Shown here: piece after piece, positions 47,739 through 56,588 of the stretch
How positions within the stretch are numbered: position 1 is the stretch's first letter
How the letters are laid out: each line of letters begins with the position of its first letter
Sequence record: OQ031495
DNA length: 64,000 nt
Reading direction: 5' to 3' (one strand)
From: Escherichia phage MRostami-2023e
Translations under genes and position numbers: made by a program
Notes under the pieces: model-generated
Databases searched by the model: none
What the model was told of the DNA's origin: nothing
Seen by the model: only the letters and a program-made list of their open reading frames with translations

Positions 47739-48389
47739 ATGATTTATTACATGCACAAAAACGCACCATTTAAATATGGTAAATTTCCTAATGCACAATG
47801 TTATAATATAACGCCGAATGAAAATAATAACGGATACCATATTGGTGTAATTTTTGTAATTGTTAAAGATAACGAAATCGTTGCCTGGGCAGATTTTAAA
47901 GGTACAACATATGATGTTAATCCTGTGCCTTTCACGTATTACAATATAATGGATTTGGCATATGATTATAATTGGTTTACTCATGACACGTTGGCTCATA
48001 TTGAAGGTGTAGGATTTGACATCTCTTATTCTAGTTATTCATTATGTCCTATGAGCCGAGCTCACGGTAAAGATGTATCATATCTTTCAATTCGGAAACG
48101 TGTAAACTTCAAACGTAGCACAGAGTATGTTGGTGGACTCTTTGTTAAAGATAATAAAATAATCCGTATTAGTTATCCTTTAAGTGTAGGTCAAAAAGAT
48201 GTTGATGTTGATTTAGACTTAACCGAAAATAACATTAATCGTATTGCTTCTGTATATTTTGATATCGATGAAAAAATTGTAGTGTGTGGATACGAATTAC
48301 CACCTGAAGAAAAGGCTGAAGCAATTGAAGTCGAATTAGAAATTTCTGTTGATGACCAAATATTTAATGCATTTATGAATCGAGGTTAA
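47739..48389 (+). CDS. Hypothetical protein
   Basis: 216-aa ORF. Confidence 0.5.
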   Translation: MIYYMHKNAPFKYGKFPNAQCYNITPNENNNGYHIGVIFVIVKDNEIVAWADFKGTTYDVNPVPFTYYNIMDLAYDYNWFTHDTLAHIEGVGFDISYSSYSLCPMSRAHGKDVSYLSIRKRVNFKRSTEYVGGLFVKDNKIIRISYPLSVGQKDVDVDLDLTENNINRIASVYFDIDEKIVVCGYELPPEEKAEAIEVELEISVDDQIFNAFMNRG

Positions 48390-48390
48390 A

Positions 48391-48588
48391 ATGACTACTG
48401 CAATTTGCACTGGTTCTAAAATTAGTGTTTTTACAAGTTTTGAAGATTATGAAGTTGTTTCAAAACACCAATACCATATTAGCGTAAAAGCTAATGATGG
48501 GGTAATTTGGAATATTCCACAGTATGAAGGCACTACATATGAAGTCACAGATATAAATGGTGACAAAGCAATCTTTGTAATTGATTAA
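48391..48588 (+). CDS. Hypothetical protein
   Basis: 65-aa ORF. Confidence 0.45.
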   Translation: MTTAICTGSKISVFTSFEDYEVVSKHQYHISVKANDGVIWNIPQYEGTTYEVTDINGDKAIFVID

Positions 48589-48607
48589 ATATACTCAGGA
48601 GGTACCT

Positions 48608-49075
48608 ATGGGTATTATTAACACTGCAATAGATTCTGTTTATGCATATAAGTTTATTCGACTAATGCAAAAACCTTTTACCGAATGGAAAGCATACGAA
48701 GCCAAAATCATCGATGAACGTGGAAGTGTTCTTAAACGTCCTTCTACTCCCGAAGAAAAAGCGGCGTATACACCTTTTCATGCTTCAGTTCGTTCAATGA
48801 AGCGAATGATGAGCACTGTTCCAGGTCTTAATGGAATGGCCTCAATGATGTCTGCCTGGAGTGCTGTAGCTTCACGCTATAACATTACGGAAGAACAACA
48901 GAAAGAAATATTTAAAGAACTCCCTTTATTTGAGGATATGGTTGCTGGTGATTCAGGTGGCAACCCTCAAGCTATTGCATCAGGAACTACTTCAGGTGCA
49001 GTCGTAAATAAAGGTCCAGAACAAATTCCTTCCAAGAAAAGAAAGCGAATTAAAGTAAATATTAATAAGTTGTGA
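48608..49075 (+). CDS. Hypothetical protein
   Basis: 155-aa ORF with SD AGGAGG. Confidence 0.5.
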   Translation: MGIINTAIDSVYAYKFIRLMQKPFTEWKAYEAKIIDERGSVLKRPSTPEEKAAYTPFHASVRSMKRMMSTVPGLNGMASMMSAWSAVASRYNITEEQQKEIFKELPLFEDMVAGDSGGNPQAIASGTTSGAVVNKGPEQIPSKKRKRIKVNINKL

Positions 49076-49114
49076 TATGATGGCCTTAAATTAATAAGGC
49101 CTCTGGAGAATACT

Positions 49115-50137
49115 ATGGCTGAATGGATAGATAATGAATTTGCTTATCGTGCGTTTTCTCACCTACCTCGTTTTAGACAAATCAATAATTCAAGCACATT
49201 TAAATTAACATTTCGATGTCCAGTTTGTGGCGACTCCCAGACAGATGCAATGAAAGCTCGCGGATGGTATTATGGCGGTACTCCTGGTAATGTACATTGT
49301 TATAACTGTCAATACCATAATACAATTTCCGGATACTTAAAAGAGTATGATGAAGAGCTTTATCGTGAGTATCTAATGGAAGTTCGTAAAGAAAAAGCTA
49401 GAATGGAACCAAAGATTGAAAAGGTTTCTGAACATAAACCAGAACCGGAGAAAAAGACTATAAATTCTTTGCCGTCTTGTTCTCGTCTGGACAAGCTGCC
49501 TGAAGAGCATCCTATTGTGAAATATGTTAAGTCTAGATGCATTCCTAAAGAATCATGGAACAGATTATGGTTCACATTAGAATGGCCTAAATTGGTCAAC
49601 AAGATTCAACCTGGTACGTATAAGAAAGAGATTCCCGAACCACGTTTAGTTATTCCTATTTTTAATAAAGATGGGAAGGCCGAGTCATTTCAAGGACGTG
49701 CACTTCGTAAAGATGCTCCTCAGAAATATATCACTATTAAAGCGTTTGAGTCTGCAACAAAAATTTATGGTGTTGAACGTGTTAAGGAAGGAGACGTCTG
49801 GGTAATGGAAGGCCCTATTGATAGTTTATTCATACCCAATGCAATCGCTATTACAGGCGGCTCAATAGATTTAGATGTGGTACCATTTAAAGAGCGTCGG
49901 GTATGGGTAATGGATAATGAACCTAGGCATCCGGATACTATAGCTCGTATGAAGCGATTAGTTGATGCAGGCGAACGTGTCATGTTCTGGGACCGAGCTC
50001 CATGGAGATCAAAGGATGTGAATGATATGGTAATGAAAGAAAATGCAACACCACAAGAAATTTTAGAATATATGAAACAGAATATTTCAAGTGGGTTGCA
50101 TGCTAAAATGAGATTATCTCGTTATTCGAAGATTTAA
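49115..50137 (+). CDS. 61: DNA primase gp61
   Basis: N-terminal zinc ribbon CPVCGDS...CYNC and TOPRIM region; matches T4 gp61. Confidence 0.9.
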   Translation: MAEWIDNEFAYRAFSHLPRFRQINNSSTFKLTFRCPVCGDSQTDAMKARGWYYGGTPGNVHCYNCQYHNTISGYLKEYDEELYREYLMEVRKEKARMEPKIEKVSEHKPEPEKKTINSLPSCSRLDKLPEEHPIVKYVKSRCIPKESWNRLWFTLEWPKLVNKIQPGTYKKEIPEPRLVIPIFNKDGKAESFQGRALRKDAPQKYITIKAFESATKIYGVERVKEGDVWVMEGPIDSLFIPNAIAITGGSIDLDVVPFKERRVWVMDNEPRHPDTIARMKRLVDAGERVMFWDRAPWRSKDVNDMVMKENATPQEILEYMKQNISSGLHAKMRLSRYSKI

Positions 50138-50331
50138 ACAAGCCCTATAATAGCAAAGGCCAAATCAACTACAGTATCCAATGGAACAGAAGGAACTATA
50201 ATACCATGGGCAACTAACAATGGTGCAATCCCGAAGTTCCATGAAATAATGCCACCTACAACTATTGCAGCGATAGCAGTTTTCTTTTTATTGCCTTTAA
50301 TAGCGTTGATTAACGATGGAAGTTTAAACAT
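50134..50331 (-). CDS. Small membrane protein (only convincing minus-strand gene)
   Basis: 65-aa ORF, two hydrophobic helices; reverse-strand SD GGAGA 7 nt before ATG; sits in the 61-56 intergenic gap. Confidence 0.45.
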   Translation of the reverse strand: MFKLPSLINAIKGNKKKTAIAAIVVGGIISWNFGIAPLLVAHGIIVPSVPLDTVVDLAFAIIGLV

Positions 50332-50362
50332 AATATCTCCTTAGTTACCTATTATTTATTAC

Positions 50363-50386
50363 GCTTTATAAAATTAATGTTAGAAT
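50363..50386 (+). promoter_or_regulatory. Candidate middle promoter for gene 56
   Basis: GCTTTA 50363-50368, 12-bp spacer, TAGAAT 50381-50386. Confidence 0.4.
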
Positions 50387-50419
50387 TAACTCTCTTATAC
50401 TGAATTGAAAGGAAAAATA

Positions 50420-50941
50420 ATGGCACACTTTAACGAATGTTCACAACTTATTTCTGGTGTTGATAAAGCAGAAGAAGCTTATTTTAATGCTCTGATTCAC
50501 GAAGATAAAGACCCACTGCAGGTAATGCTTGATATGCAGAAATCTTTACAGGTTCGTCTGGCAAATGACAAGCCTGAACATAACAAACATCCTGATGAAT
50601 TGGCTACCGCTGGTGATGTTGTTGATTGGCTGCGTAATCAGAAAGATTATATTGATGATGAATTCCGCGAACTGCTGACTTCTCTTGGTGGTATGAGCAA
50701 TGGCGAAAAAGCCGCCAGCAGTGTATGGAAGCCGTGGAAGGCACAACATGCTGAATATCGAAATCGTCGTATCGATGAACTGTCTCCTGAAGACCAGCTT
50801 GAAATTAAATTCGAGATGATTGATATCCTCCACTTTGTTCTGAATATGTTCCAAGGTCTGGGTCTTTCCGCTGAAGAAATCTTTAAACTTTACTACTTGA
50901 AAAACCAACACAACTTTGAACGTCAGGATAATGGTTACTGA
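50420..50941 (+). CDS. 56: dCTP/dCDP pyrophosphatase gp56 (MazG-like)
   Basis: MAHFNECSQLISGVDKAEE...DPLQVMLDMQ...DVVDWLRNQKDYIDDEFRELLTSLGG...EIFKLYYLKN matches T4 gp56. Confidence 0.9.
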   Translation: MAHFNECSQLISGVDKAEEAYFNALIHEDKDPLQVMLDMQKSLQVRLANDKPEHNKHPDELATAGDVVDWLRNQKDYIDDEFRELLTSLGGMSNGEKAASSVWKPWKAQHAEYRNRRIDELSPEDQLEIKFEMIDILHFVLNMFQGLGLSAEEIFKLYYLKNQHNFERQDNGY

Positions 50942-50986
50942 TTAAGTTATAAATACACCTGTAATTAAACAACAAAGGAGTTAATT

Positions 50987-51223
50987 ATGGGTGGTTATGT
51001 AAACATCAAAACCTTTACGCATCCTGCTGGTGAAGGTAAAGAAGTTAAAGGTATGGAAGTTTCTGTACCGTTTGAGATTTATTCAAACGAACATCGGATT
51101 GCAGATTCTCATTACCAAATCTTTCCATCAGAAAAGGCAGCTTATTCTACTGTAGTTTCTGATGCAGCTGACTGGAAAACTAAGAACGCTGCAATGTTTA
51201 CCCCTACACCAGTAAGTGGTTAA
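50987..51223 (+). CDS. soc: Small outer capsid protein Soc
   Basis: GYVNIKTF...HYQIFPSEKAAYSTV resembles T4 Soc; 78 aa; strong terminator follows. Confidence 0.75.
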   Translation: MGGYVNIKTFTHPAGEGKEVKGMEVSVPFEIYSNEHRIADSHYQIFPSEKAAYSTVVSDAADWKTKNAAMFTPTPVSG

Positions 51224-51232
51224 ATAATTTAA

Positions 51233-51261
51233 GGAATCCTTCGGGATTCCTTTTTTTTTTT
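51233..51261 (+). terminator. Rho-independent terminator
   Basis: GGAATCC ttcg GGATTCC followed by 11 T. Confidence 0.8.
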
Positions 51262-51270
51262 GTTTCTACA

Positions 51271-51300
51271 GTTTACAACCACTAAAAACTGTGTTAAGAT
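51271..51300 (+). promoter_or_regulatory. Early promoter
   Basis: GTTTAC 51271-51276, 18-bp spacer, TAAGAT 51295-51300. Confidence 0.5.
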
Positions 51301-51328
51301 ATTCTTACTTACTCAAGAGGAGAACAAT

Positions 51329-51556
51329 ATGTTAAATCGTTGGATTAAACCTAATAACACATTAGGTGCTTTGATTGCTCAAGAAGTTTCGTTGAAATAC
51401 GGTCTTGGATATTACGATGATGTAGTCGTACACTCATTTATGATGGATGGTGAAGACGTCAAATTTAATGCCGAAATCCGTTGGGATGATGGTGGTGTTC
51501 GTTTTGTTCGAGGAACAATTAATGCTTACGATACTGAAGAAGTTATTTGCTGTTAA
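51329..51556 (+). CDS. Hypothetical protein
   Basis: 75-aa ORF with SD AGAGGAGAA. Confidence 0.45.
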   Translation: MLNRWIKPNNTLGALIAQEVSLKYGLGYYDDVVVHSFMMDGEDVKFNAEIRWDDGGVRFVRGTINAYDTEEVICC

Positions 51557-51569
51557 ACCAGGCGAAGGT

Positions 51570-51770
51570 ATGATGCCTATTCCTGATACACACGAAAAAA
51601 GTTGGGAATACATTGGTGACGGAATGATGGAAGAAGTTGTTCGTCCAAAAACAAAACAGGTTAATGCTTCAAGCTCTTCAAGTTATGATCATTCATACGT
51701 ATCGTCTTGGCCTGGTGATTCTGGGTCAAGTTATTCTGATTGTGGTTCAAGCTCAGGGAGCTGCGAATGA
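51570..51770 (+). CDS. Hypothetical Ser-rich protein
   Basis: 66-aa ORF with Ser-rich C-terminus. Confidence 0.4.
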   Translation: MMPIPDTHEKSWEYIGDGMMEEVVRPKTKQVNASSSSSYDHSYVSSWPGDSGSSYSDCGSSSGSCE

Positions 51771-51946
51771 ACAAGATAGTTAAATGGTTTAAAAGCTGGG
51801 ACGATGGTGTCGGTCCAGAAGATTGGCTGGATGTTCTTGAAGAGAATATGGCTAAAGAATTCCAGAAACACGAAGAGAAGCTCGTCGAAGATGAAGGCGA
51901 ACGTATTGTAAAACTTTATATGGGTGAACCATCGAGGAAATTATAA
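51767..51946 (+). CDS. Hypothetical protein
   Basis: 59-aa ORF overlapping upstream stop. Confidence 0.4.
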   Translation: MNKIVKWFKSWDDGVGPEDWLDVLEENMAKEFQKHEEKLVEDEGERIVKLYMGEPSRKL

Positions 51947-52410
51947 TGGATGCTATGTTATTTAAAATGTACTTGCTTGAAGCCAAGTCGTTTAAACATA
52001 TACCAGTAGAAGATAAGACTCCACTAGAAATAGCTATTCTCATTAACAAAAGTCTAAATAATCCGCAATATATCGTAGAAGAATTCTGCAAATTGCAGAT
52101 TCCTAAAGGTTACAAAATTCGTGTAGAGCGAGTTGGAGCTATTACTCATTCTAAAAATTCTCCGTTTAGTCTTGAAGAAGGCATAAAGGACTTAGGTTAT
52201 GAATCTACGGAAAATGCCGTTTATGTGAATCCAGAAAAGCGTTTAGACCTGTTTGAAAAGCGAGACCATAAGTATTTTGCCAAAAAATACTTTATTACAT
52301 CATTAGCAGATTTAACCCATTTGCAACGAGCTATTTGGAAATTTTTTAAGACAAAAGGTGTAGCGCTAGAAACATTCTCCGAGCAGCCTAGTTTTTATTT
52401 AGGTGAATAA
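51946..52410 (+). CDS. Hypothetical protein
   Basis: 154-aa ORF. Confidence 0.5.
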   Translation: MDAMLFKMYLLEAKSFKHIPVEDKTPLEIAILINKSLNNPQYIVEEFCKLQIPKGYKIRVERVGAITHSKNSPFSLEEGIKDLGYESTENAVYVNPEKRLDLFEKRDHKYFAKKYFITSLADLTHLQRAIWKFFKTKGVALETFSEQPSFYLGE

Positions 52411-52411
52411 T

Positions 52412-52591
52412 ATGGACCTTATGAGTATGTTTGACGAGCCTGAAGTTGAGGCTCCTAAAGTGCATCGTAGTGAACTTGTTGATGAACTAGATAGTATTAT
52501 ACAACGACACGGCTTTAGTTTACCTGTTGAAGCCCTGAAAGACCTTGCCTCTTATTATGACGACCCTCCACCATGGAGTCCTTGGAAATGA
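52412..52591 (+). CDS. Hypothetical acidic protein
   Basis: 59-aa ORF. Confidence 0.4.
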   Translation: MDLMSMFDEPEVEAPKVHRSELVDELDSIIQRHGFSLPVEALKDLASYYDDPPPWSPWK

Positions 52592-52752
52592 AAGAGAAAT
52601 TTAAAGAGAAATTCTTACTAGAAATCAAGGAAAAAGACTTTGAGACATGGTATCGAATGGTGAAAGGGTTGACATTGCTTTTTAAAGCATCGTTATTCAT
52701 GTTAGAACAACCTGGCCCTGATGGACCTTTAGTAGGAAAGCTTAAAAAGTAG
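52588..52752 (+). CDS. Small hypothetical protein
   Basis: 54-aa ORF overlapping upstream stop; below track cutoff. Confidence 0.3.
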   Translation: MKEKFKEKFLLEIKEKDFETWYRMVKGLTLLFKASLFMLEQPGPDGPLVGKLKK

Positions 52753-52780
52753 TTTACATTCCCTCCTCTCGTGTTATGAT
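52753..52780 (+). promoter_or_regulatory. Early promoter
   Basis: GTTTAC 52753-52758, 16-bp spacer, TATGAT 52775-52780. Confidence 0.5.
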
Positions 52781-52807
52781 AGGCTTATCTTTAAATGGAG
52801 GTCTATC

Positions 52808-53389
52808 ATGACATGTCAATCTGAACTTCAAGAACGTGAATACCTAACAAATCTGATTGATAGCAAATTCACCCGCCAAGAACAAAACATTCTCTGGGCT
52901 TGCACCGATTCTAAGGAAGACCCGGATTTCCACTATGAATTAGACCATCTTGTTCGTAAGCATATGACTTCTACAGTACCAGTAGAACTCTACCGTGGTG
53001 TAACTCCAGAAGAAGTAGAACGTCTTTCCCTTCTTTCTGTTGGATGCCATTGGTCTCCTGGGCGAGTAACATCGTTCACAACTGATTTCAGTACAGCTCG
53101 TCAATTCTCTGGGAGATGGGAATATCAGACGTACACTATTCTTAGTCTCAGGAATGCTCCATTCATTTTTGATTACTACCAAAACATGATTAACATTGTA
53201 CTCGCCGGAAAGAACCCTAAGCATGTTATGGAAGAAACGCGTGTTGACGTCCTAGATATGATTGAATCTGAACAAGAGTACATGGTCTCAGGCATCTCTC
53301 GATTTGAGATTGTGGAAATTGAAGACTTAGAATATGACCCTTTATCTCGATTATACAAAATCATTCATTTGAAAATGTTGAATTTTTAG
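52808..53389 (+). CDS. ADP-ribosyltransferase, ModA/ModB-like (paralog 1)
   Basis: R-S-E triad candidates: LYRGV, FSTARQF, EQEYMVSG; 193 aa. Confidence 0.6.
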   Translation: MTCQSELQEREYLTNLIDSKFTRQEQNILWACTDSKEDPDFHYELDHLVRKHMTSTVPVELYRGVTPEEVERLSLLSVGCHWSPGRVTSFTTDFSTARQFSGRWEYQTYTILSLRNAPFIFDYYQNMINIVLAGKNPKHVMEETRVDVLDMIESEQEYMVSGISRFEIVEIEDLEYDPLSRLYKIIHLKMLNF

Positions 53390-53418
53390 TGTACAAACTC
53401 TTTAGATGATGATACTAT
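53390..53418 (+). promoter_or_regulatory. Early promoter
   Basis: TGTACA 53390-53395, 17-bp spacer, TACTAT 53413-53418. Confidence 0.5.
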
Positions 53419-53446
53419 ACCTTTATCAACCACAGGAGAAACCTAA

Positions 53447-54055
53447 ATGTTTATGCCGTATAACGAGTGTGAAATTGAAGAAATGGTTCGTCGTGCTCAA
53501 AACCCCGAATATCAAGATGTATTGCAGTACGAAATTGATAGTCAATTCAACGATAATGAACAAAGCATCCTTTGGCAGTGTATGGAAAACAAGCCAGACT
53601 GTATTCAACAGGAGTTAAGTTCAATCGTTCGTAGAAATTGGACGTCTTCTGTTCCTGAGACAATGTATCGTGGAATCTCTAAGAAAACTATGGCCACACT
53701 TGATGATAAAGGCATTGGTAGTATTATTAAATTTGACAGAGTAATGAGCTTCAGCCCAGTGTTCGGTGTAGCACGTAACTTTGCTTCGTATAATTTTTAC
53801 GGAACATTTAATATGTTCTGCATCAAAGATGCACCATTTGCTTTCAACTTCCGTGAACATATGCTTAACATGATTCTGGCTGCGCCATCTTGTGAGTTCA
53901 ATGGAGCTTTCCCTGAAGCGACAAGACGGTCTAATGCTAGACTTATATCTGACGAATGTGAATTTATGCTCCCTATAGGGACTACACTGCGTGTAGATTC
54001 TATTATTCAAGATGGACGTTATACAATCTGGAATCTGTCTATTGTCAGTTACTGA
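53447..54055 (+). CDS. ADP-ribosyltransferase, ModA/ModB-like (paralog 2)
   Basis: MYRGI, MSFSPVFGVARNF, DECEFMLP; colinear with 52808-53389; 202 aa. Confidence 0.6.
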   Translation: MFMPYNECEIEEMVRRAQNPEYQDVLQYEIDSQFNDNEQSILWQCMENKPDCIQQELSSIVRRNWTSSVPETMYRGISKKTMATLDDKGIGSIIKFDRVMSFSPVFGVARNFASYNFYGTFNMFCIKDAPFAFNFREHMLNMILAAPSCEFNGAFPEATRRSNARLISDECEFMLPIGTTLRVDSIIQDGRYTIWNLSIVSY

Positions 54056-54089
54056 CTGAATTGGAATAACCGGATGGAACTCAGAACCA

Positions 54090-54113
54090 TTATAACACAT
54101 AAAAAATTAAAGC
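54090..54113 (-). promoter_or_regulatory. Candidate minus-strand middle-type promoter (antisense to the upstream ADP-ribosyltransferase gene)
   Basis: On the reverse strand GCTTTA (54113-54108), 12-bp spacer, TATAAT (54095-54090); 54076-54096 is the reverse complement of the start region at 13358-13378. Confidence 0.3.
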
Positions 54114-54130
54114 ATTTTATGAAAAAAGAG

Positions 54131-54159
54131 TGTACACTACCTGAGGGCATGATATTATA
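54131..54159 (+). promoter_or_regulatory. Early promoter
   Basis: TGTACA 54131-54136, 17-bp spacer, TATTAT 54154-54159. Confidence 0.45.
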
Positions 54160-54208
54160 AGCTTATCAGCTAAATGACCTTAACGTCCGTAAGACAGAGG
54201 AAAATATT

Positions 54209-54955
54209 ATGTTATCAAATAATAAAATTAACAAAATCAATCGTCGTCTTGACCACACCAGAGCTTCTGCGAAGAGACGCTCTAAGGATTTTAACTTAGA
54301 CTTTAATTACCTTAAAAACATTCTTGATCAAAAGGTCTGCGCTTACTCAGGTGAATCTTTTAATAACTCTGTTGAAGGTGAGAAATTATCCTTAGAACGT
54401 TTTAATAATGATATAGGCTACATTAAAGGTAATGTCATCCCAGTTAAGAAAAAATATAACACGGCTCGTTCTGATTTAACATTAGAAGAACTTATTGAGA
54501 AACGTGATGCCATTGCAAGACGTATCGCTAATCCTTCTGCCCGTAAAGTAGAGAAACTTAATCTCGACGAGAAGAAATGGGCCCAAATTAAAAAGGTTTA
54601 TGGCACTATTTTAAAAATCCGAGCAAAACGTGAAAATCGTGTTAAGCATATGGCGAACATGATGAAAAATCAACCTTTATCTAACGAATCTAAACTTAGA
54701 ATTGTTGCTTTGAAAGCACGCATTAATGGCTCACATCAAGCAGAAGGCCATGAACTTACTAAACTCAATGTTCTTCTTAAAGGCTCTGACTGGAAAACTA
54801 AAACTAAATTAACTGACGCTGAATCGCTTTTCGATACATATGATAAAGTTATCCAAGGTCTGCAACGTTTTGAAAAGATTGGTTTCATTGGTAAATTAAA
54901 ATTGAAACGTGGCTTACCACTTAGCGCATCATTATTCCAACTGATTAAAGGTTAA
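54209..54955 (+). CDS. Hypothetical basic protein at the T4 srd position
   Basis: 248 aa; N-terminal CAYSG...LERFNNDIGYIKGNVIPV is loosely HNH-like but lacks the catalytic His. Confidence 0.45.
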   Translation: MLSNNKINKINRRLDHTRASAKRRSKDFNLDFNYLKNILDQKVCAYSGESFNNSVEGEKLSLERFNNDIGYIKGNVIPVKKKYNTARSDLTLEELIEKRDAIARRIANPSARKVEKLNLDEKKWAQIKKVYGTILKIRAKRENRVKHMANMMKNQPLSNESKLRIVALKARINGSHQAEGHELTKLNVLLKGSDWKTKTKLTDAESLFDTYDKVIQGLQRFEKIGFIGKLKLKRGLPLSASLFQLIKG

Positions 54956-54957
54956 TT

Positions 54958-55269
54958 ATGGTTTATGTATATGCAATAGTTTATCGAGATATGGAAGGAT
55001 TTACTGTCCCGGTTCCACTTGATGAGCATCGTCCTGCAGTATTTTTTAGAAAGGATATTGCAGATAAAGTTTTCGATACTTTGAAAACACAGTATAAAAC
55101 AGATTTAAAAATGGGAGTTCTAAGAATGGTCGAAACTCCGCGTAAGTTCTGGTTTAATAAGCTCGAAATGAAACACATTAAACTAGATGCGGAGACGCAA
55201 AGGTTGTATCAACGAATCCTGGACACAGGCCGTATTGTTAGTATTCCAATTGCAGGGACTTTACGATGA
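54958..55269 (+). CDS. Hypothetical protein
   Basis: 103-aa ORF. Confidence 0.5.
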   Translation: MVYVYAIVYRDMEGFTVPVPLDEHRPAVFFRKDIADKVFDTLKTQYKTDLKMGVLRMVETPRKFWFNKLEMKHIKLDAETQRLYQRILDTGRIVSIPIAGTLR

Positions 55270-56579
55270 CATTTGATGATTTGACTGAAGGCCAGAAAAA
55301 CGCCTTCAACGTTGTTATGAAAGCTATTAAAGAAAAGAAACATCACGTAACTATTAATGGGCCTGCTGGTACAGGTAAAACAACCCTTACTAGATTCATC
55401 GTTGAAGCTCTTATTTCTGCCGGAGAATCAGGTATTATTTTAGCAGCCCCTACACATGCTGCTAAAAAGGTTCTAAGCAAACTTGCAGGTCAAGAAGCAT
55501 CGACTATTCATAGCATTCTTAAAATCAACCCAACTACATACGAAGAAAACGTATTGTTTGAACAGAAAAAGGTTCCCGACTTAGCCTTGTGTCGTGTACT
55601 GTTATTTGATGAAGCGTCAATGTGCGACCGTTCTCTGTTTAAAATAATGTTAGCTAGTATCCCTAAATGGTGTACAGTAATTGGAATCGGCGACCGATGC
55701 CAAATTCGTCCGGTAGACCCAGGCGAATCAACTGCGTATCTAAGTCCTTTCTTCACTCACAAAGACTTCGTGCAATGCAACCTTACAGAAGTTAAACGTA
55801 GCAATGCACCAATTATTGATGTTGCGACCGATATTCGTAATGGCAAATGGATTTACGATAAAGTAGTTGATGGACATGGTGTTCATGGATATACAGACCT
55901 TAAATCGTATATGATGAACTATTTTAACGTCGTTAAAACTCCTGAAGACCTTTTCGAAAATCGAATGATGGCATTCACAAATAAGTCGGTGGACAAGTTG
56001 AATTCAATTATTCGCCGAAAACTTCTTGAAACAGAAAAACCATTTATTAAAGACGAAGTCATTGTTCTACAAGAGCCGTTTACTAAGACATATAAGCTAG
56101 ATGGTAAAAATATGACTGAAATGCTTTTCAATAATGGGCAATTCGTTCGTATTCGAGATGCTGTAGAAACGTCTACATTCGTTAAAGCACGTGGTGTTTC
56201 AGGCGAATATATGATACGATACTGGAATCTTACAGTAGAAACATATGGTGATGATGAAGAATATATCCGAGAAGATATAAAGGTTATTTCTTCTGAAGAA
56301 GAGCTTTATAAATTCAATTTGTTTTTGGCTAAGACCGCAGAAACATACAAATTCTGGAATAAAGGTGGTAAAGCTCCATGGAGCGAATTCTGGGATGCTA
56401 AACGTATGTTCACTAAGGTGAAGGCACTACCGGTATCAACCTTCCATAAGGCCCAGGGTATGTCTGTTGACACTGCCTTTGTTTATACACCGTGTATCCA
56501 TTATGCCGATTCAGAATTAGCTAAACAGCTATTGTATGTCGGCACAACTCGTGGTCGTTTTGACGTCCATTTTATTTGA
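55266..56579 (+). CDS. dda: DNA helicase Dda (SF1B)
   Basis: MTFDDLTEGQKNAFNVVMKAIKEKKHHVTINGPAGTGKTTL... matches T4 Dda. Confidence 0.92.
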   Translation: MTFDDLTEGQKNAFNVVMKAIKEKKHHVTINGPAGTGKTTLTRFIVEALISAGESGIILAAPTHAAKKVLSKLAGQEASTIHSILKINPTTYEENVLFEQKKVPDLALCRVLLFDEASMCDRSLFKIMLASIPKWCTVIGIGDRCQIRPVDPGESTAYLSPFFTHKDFVQCNLTEVKRSNAPIIDVATDIRNGKWIYDKVVDGHGVHGYTDLKSYMMNYFNVVKTPEDLFENRMMAFTNKSVDKLNSIIRRKLLETEKPFIKDEVIVLQEPFTKTYKLDGKNMTEMLFNNGQFVRIRDAVETSTFVKARGVSGEYMIRYWNLTVETYGDDEEYIREDIKVISSEEELYKFNLFLAKTAETYKFWNKGGKAPWSEFWDAKRMFTKVKALPVSTFHKAQGMSVDTAFVYTPCIHYADSELAKQLLYVGTTRGRFDVHFI

Positions 56580-56588
56580 GAGAAAATT

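Noticed and set aside
54209-54955. HNH homing endonuclease call for the 248-aa ORF
   Set aside because: The N-terminal motif is HNH-like in spacing but lacks the catalytic histidine (ERFNND instead of DH...N), so it was left as a hypothetical protein at the srd position.
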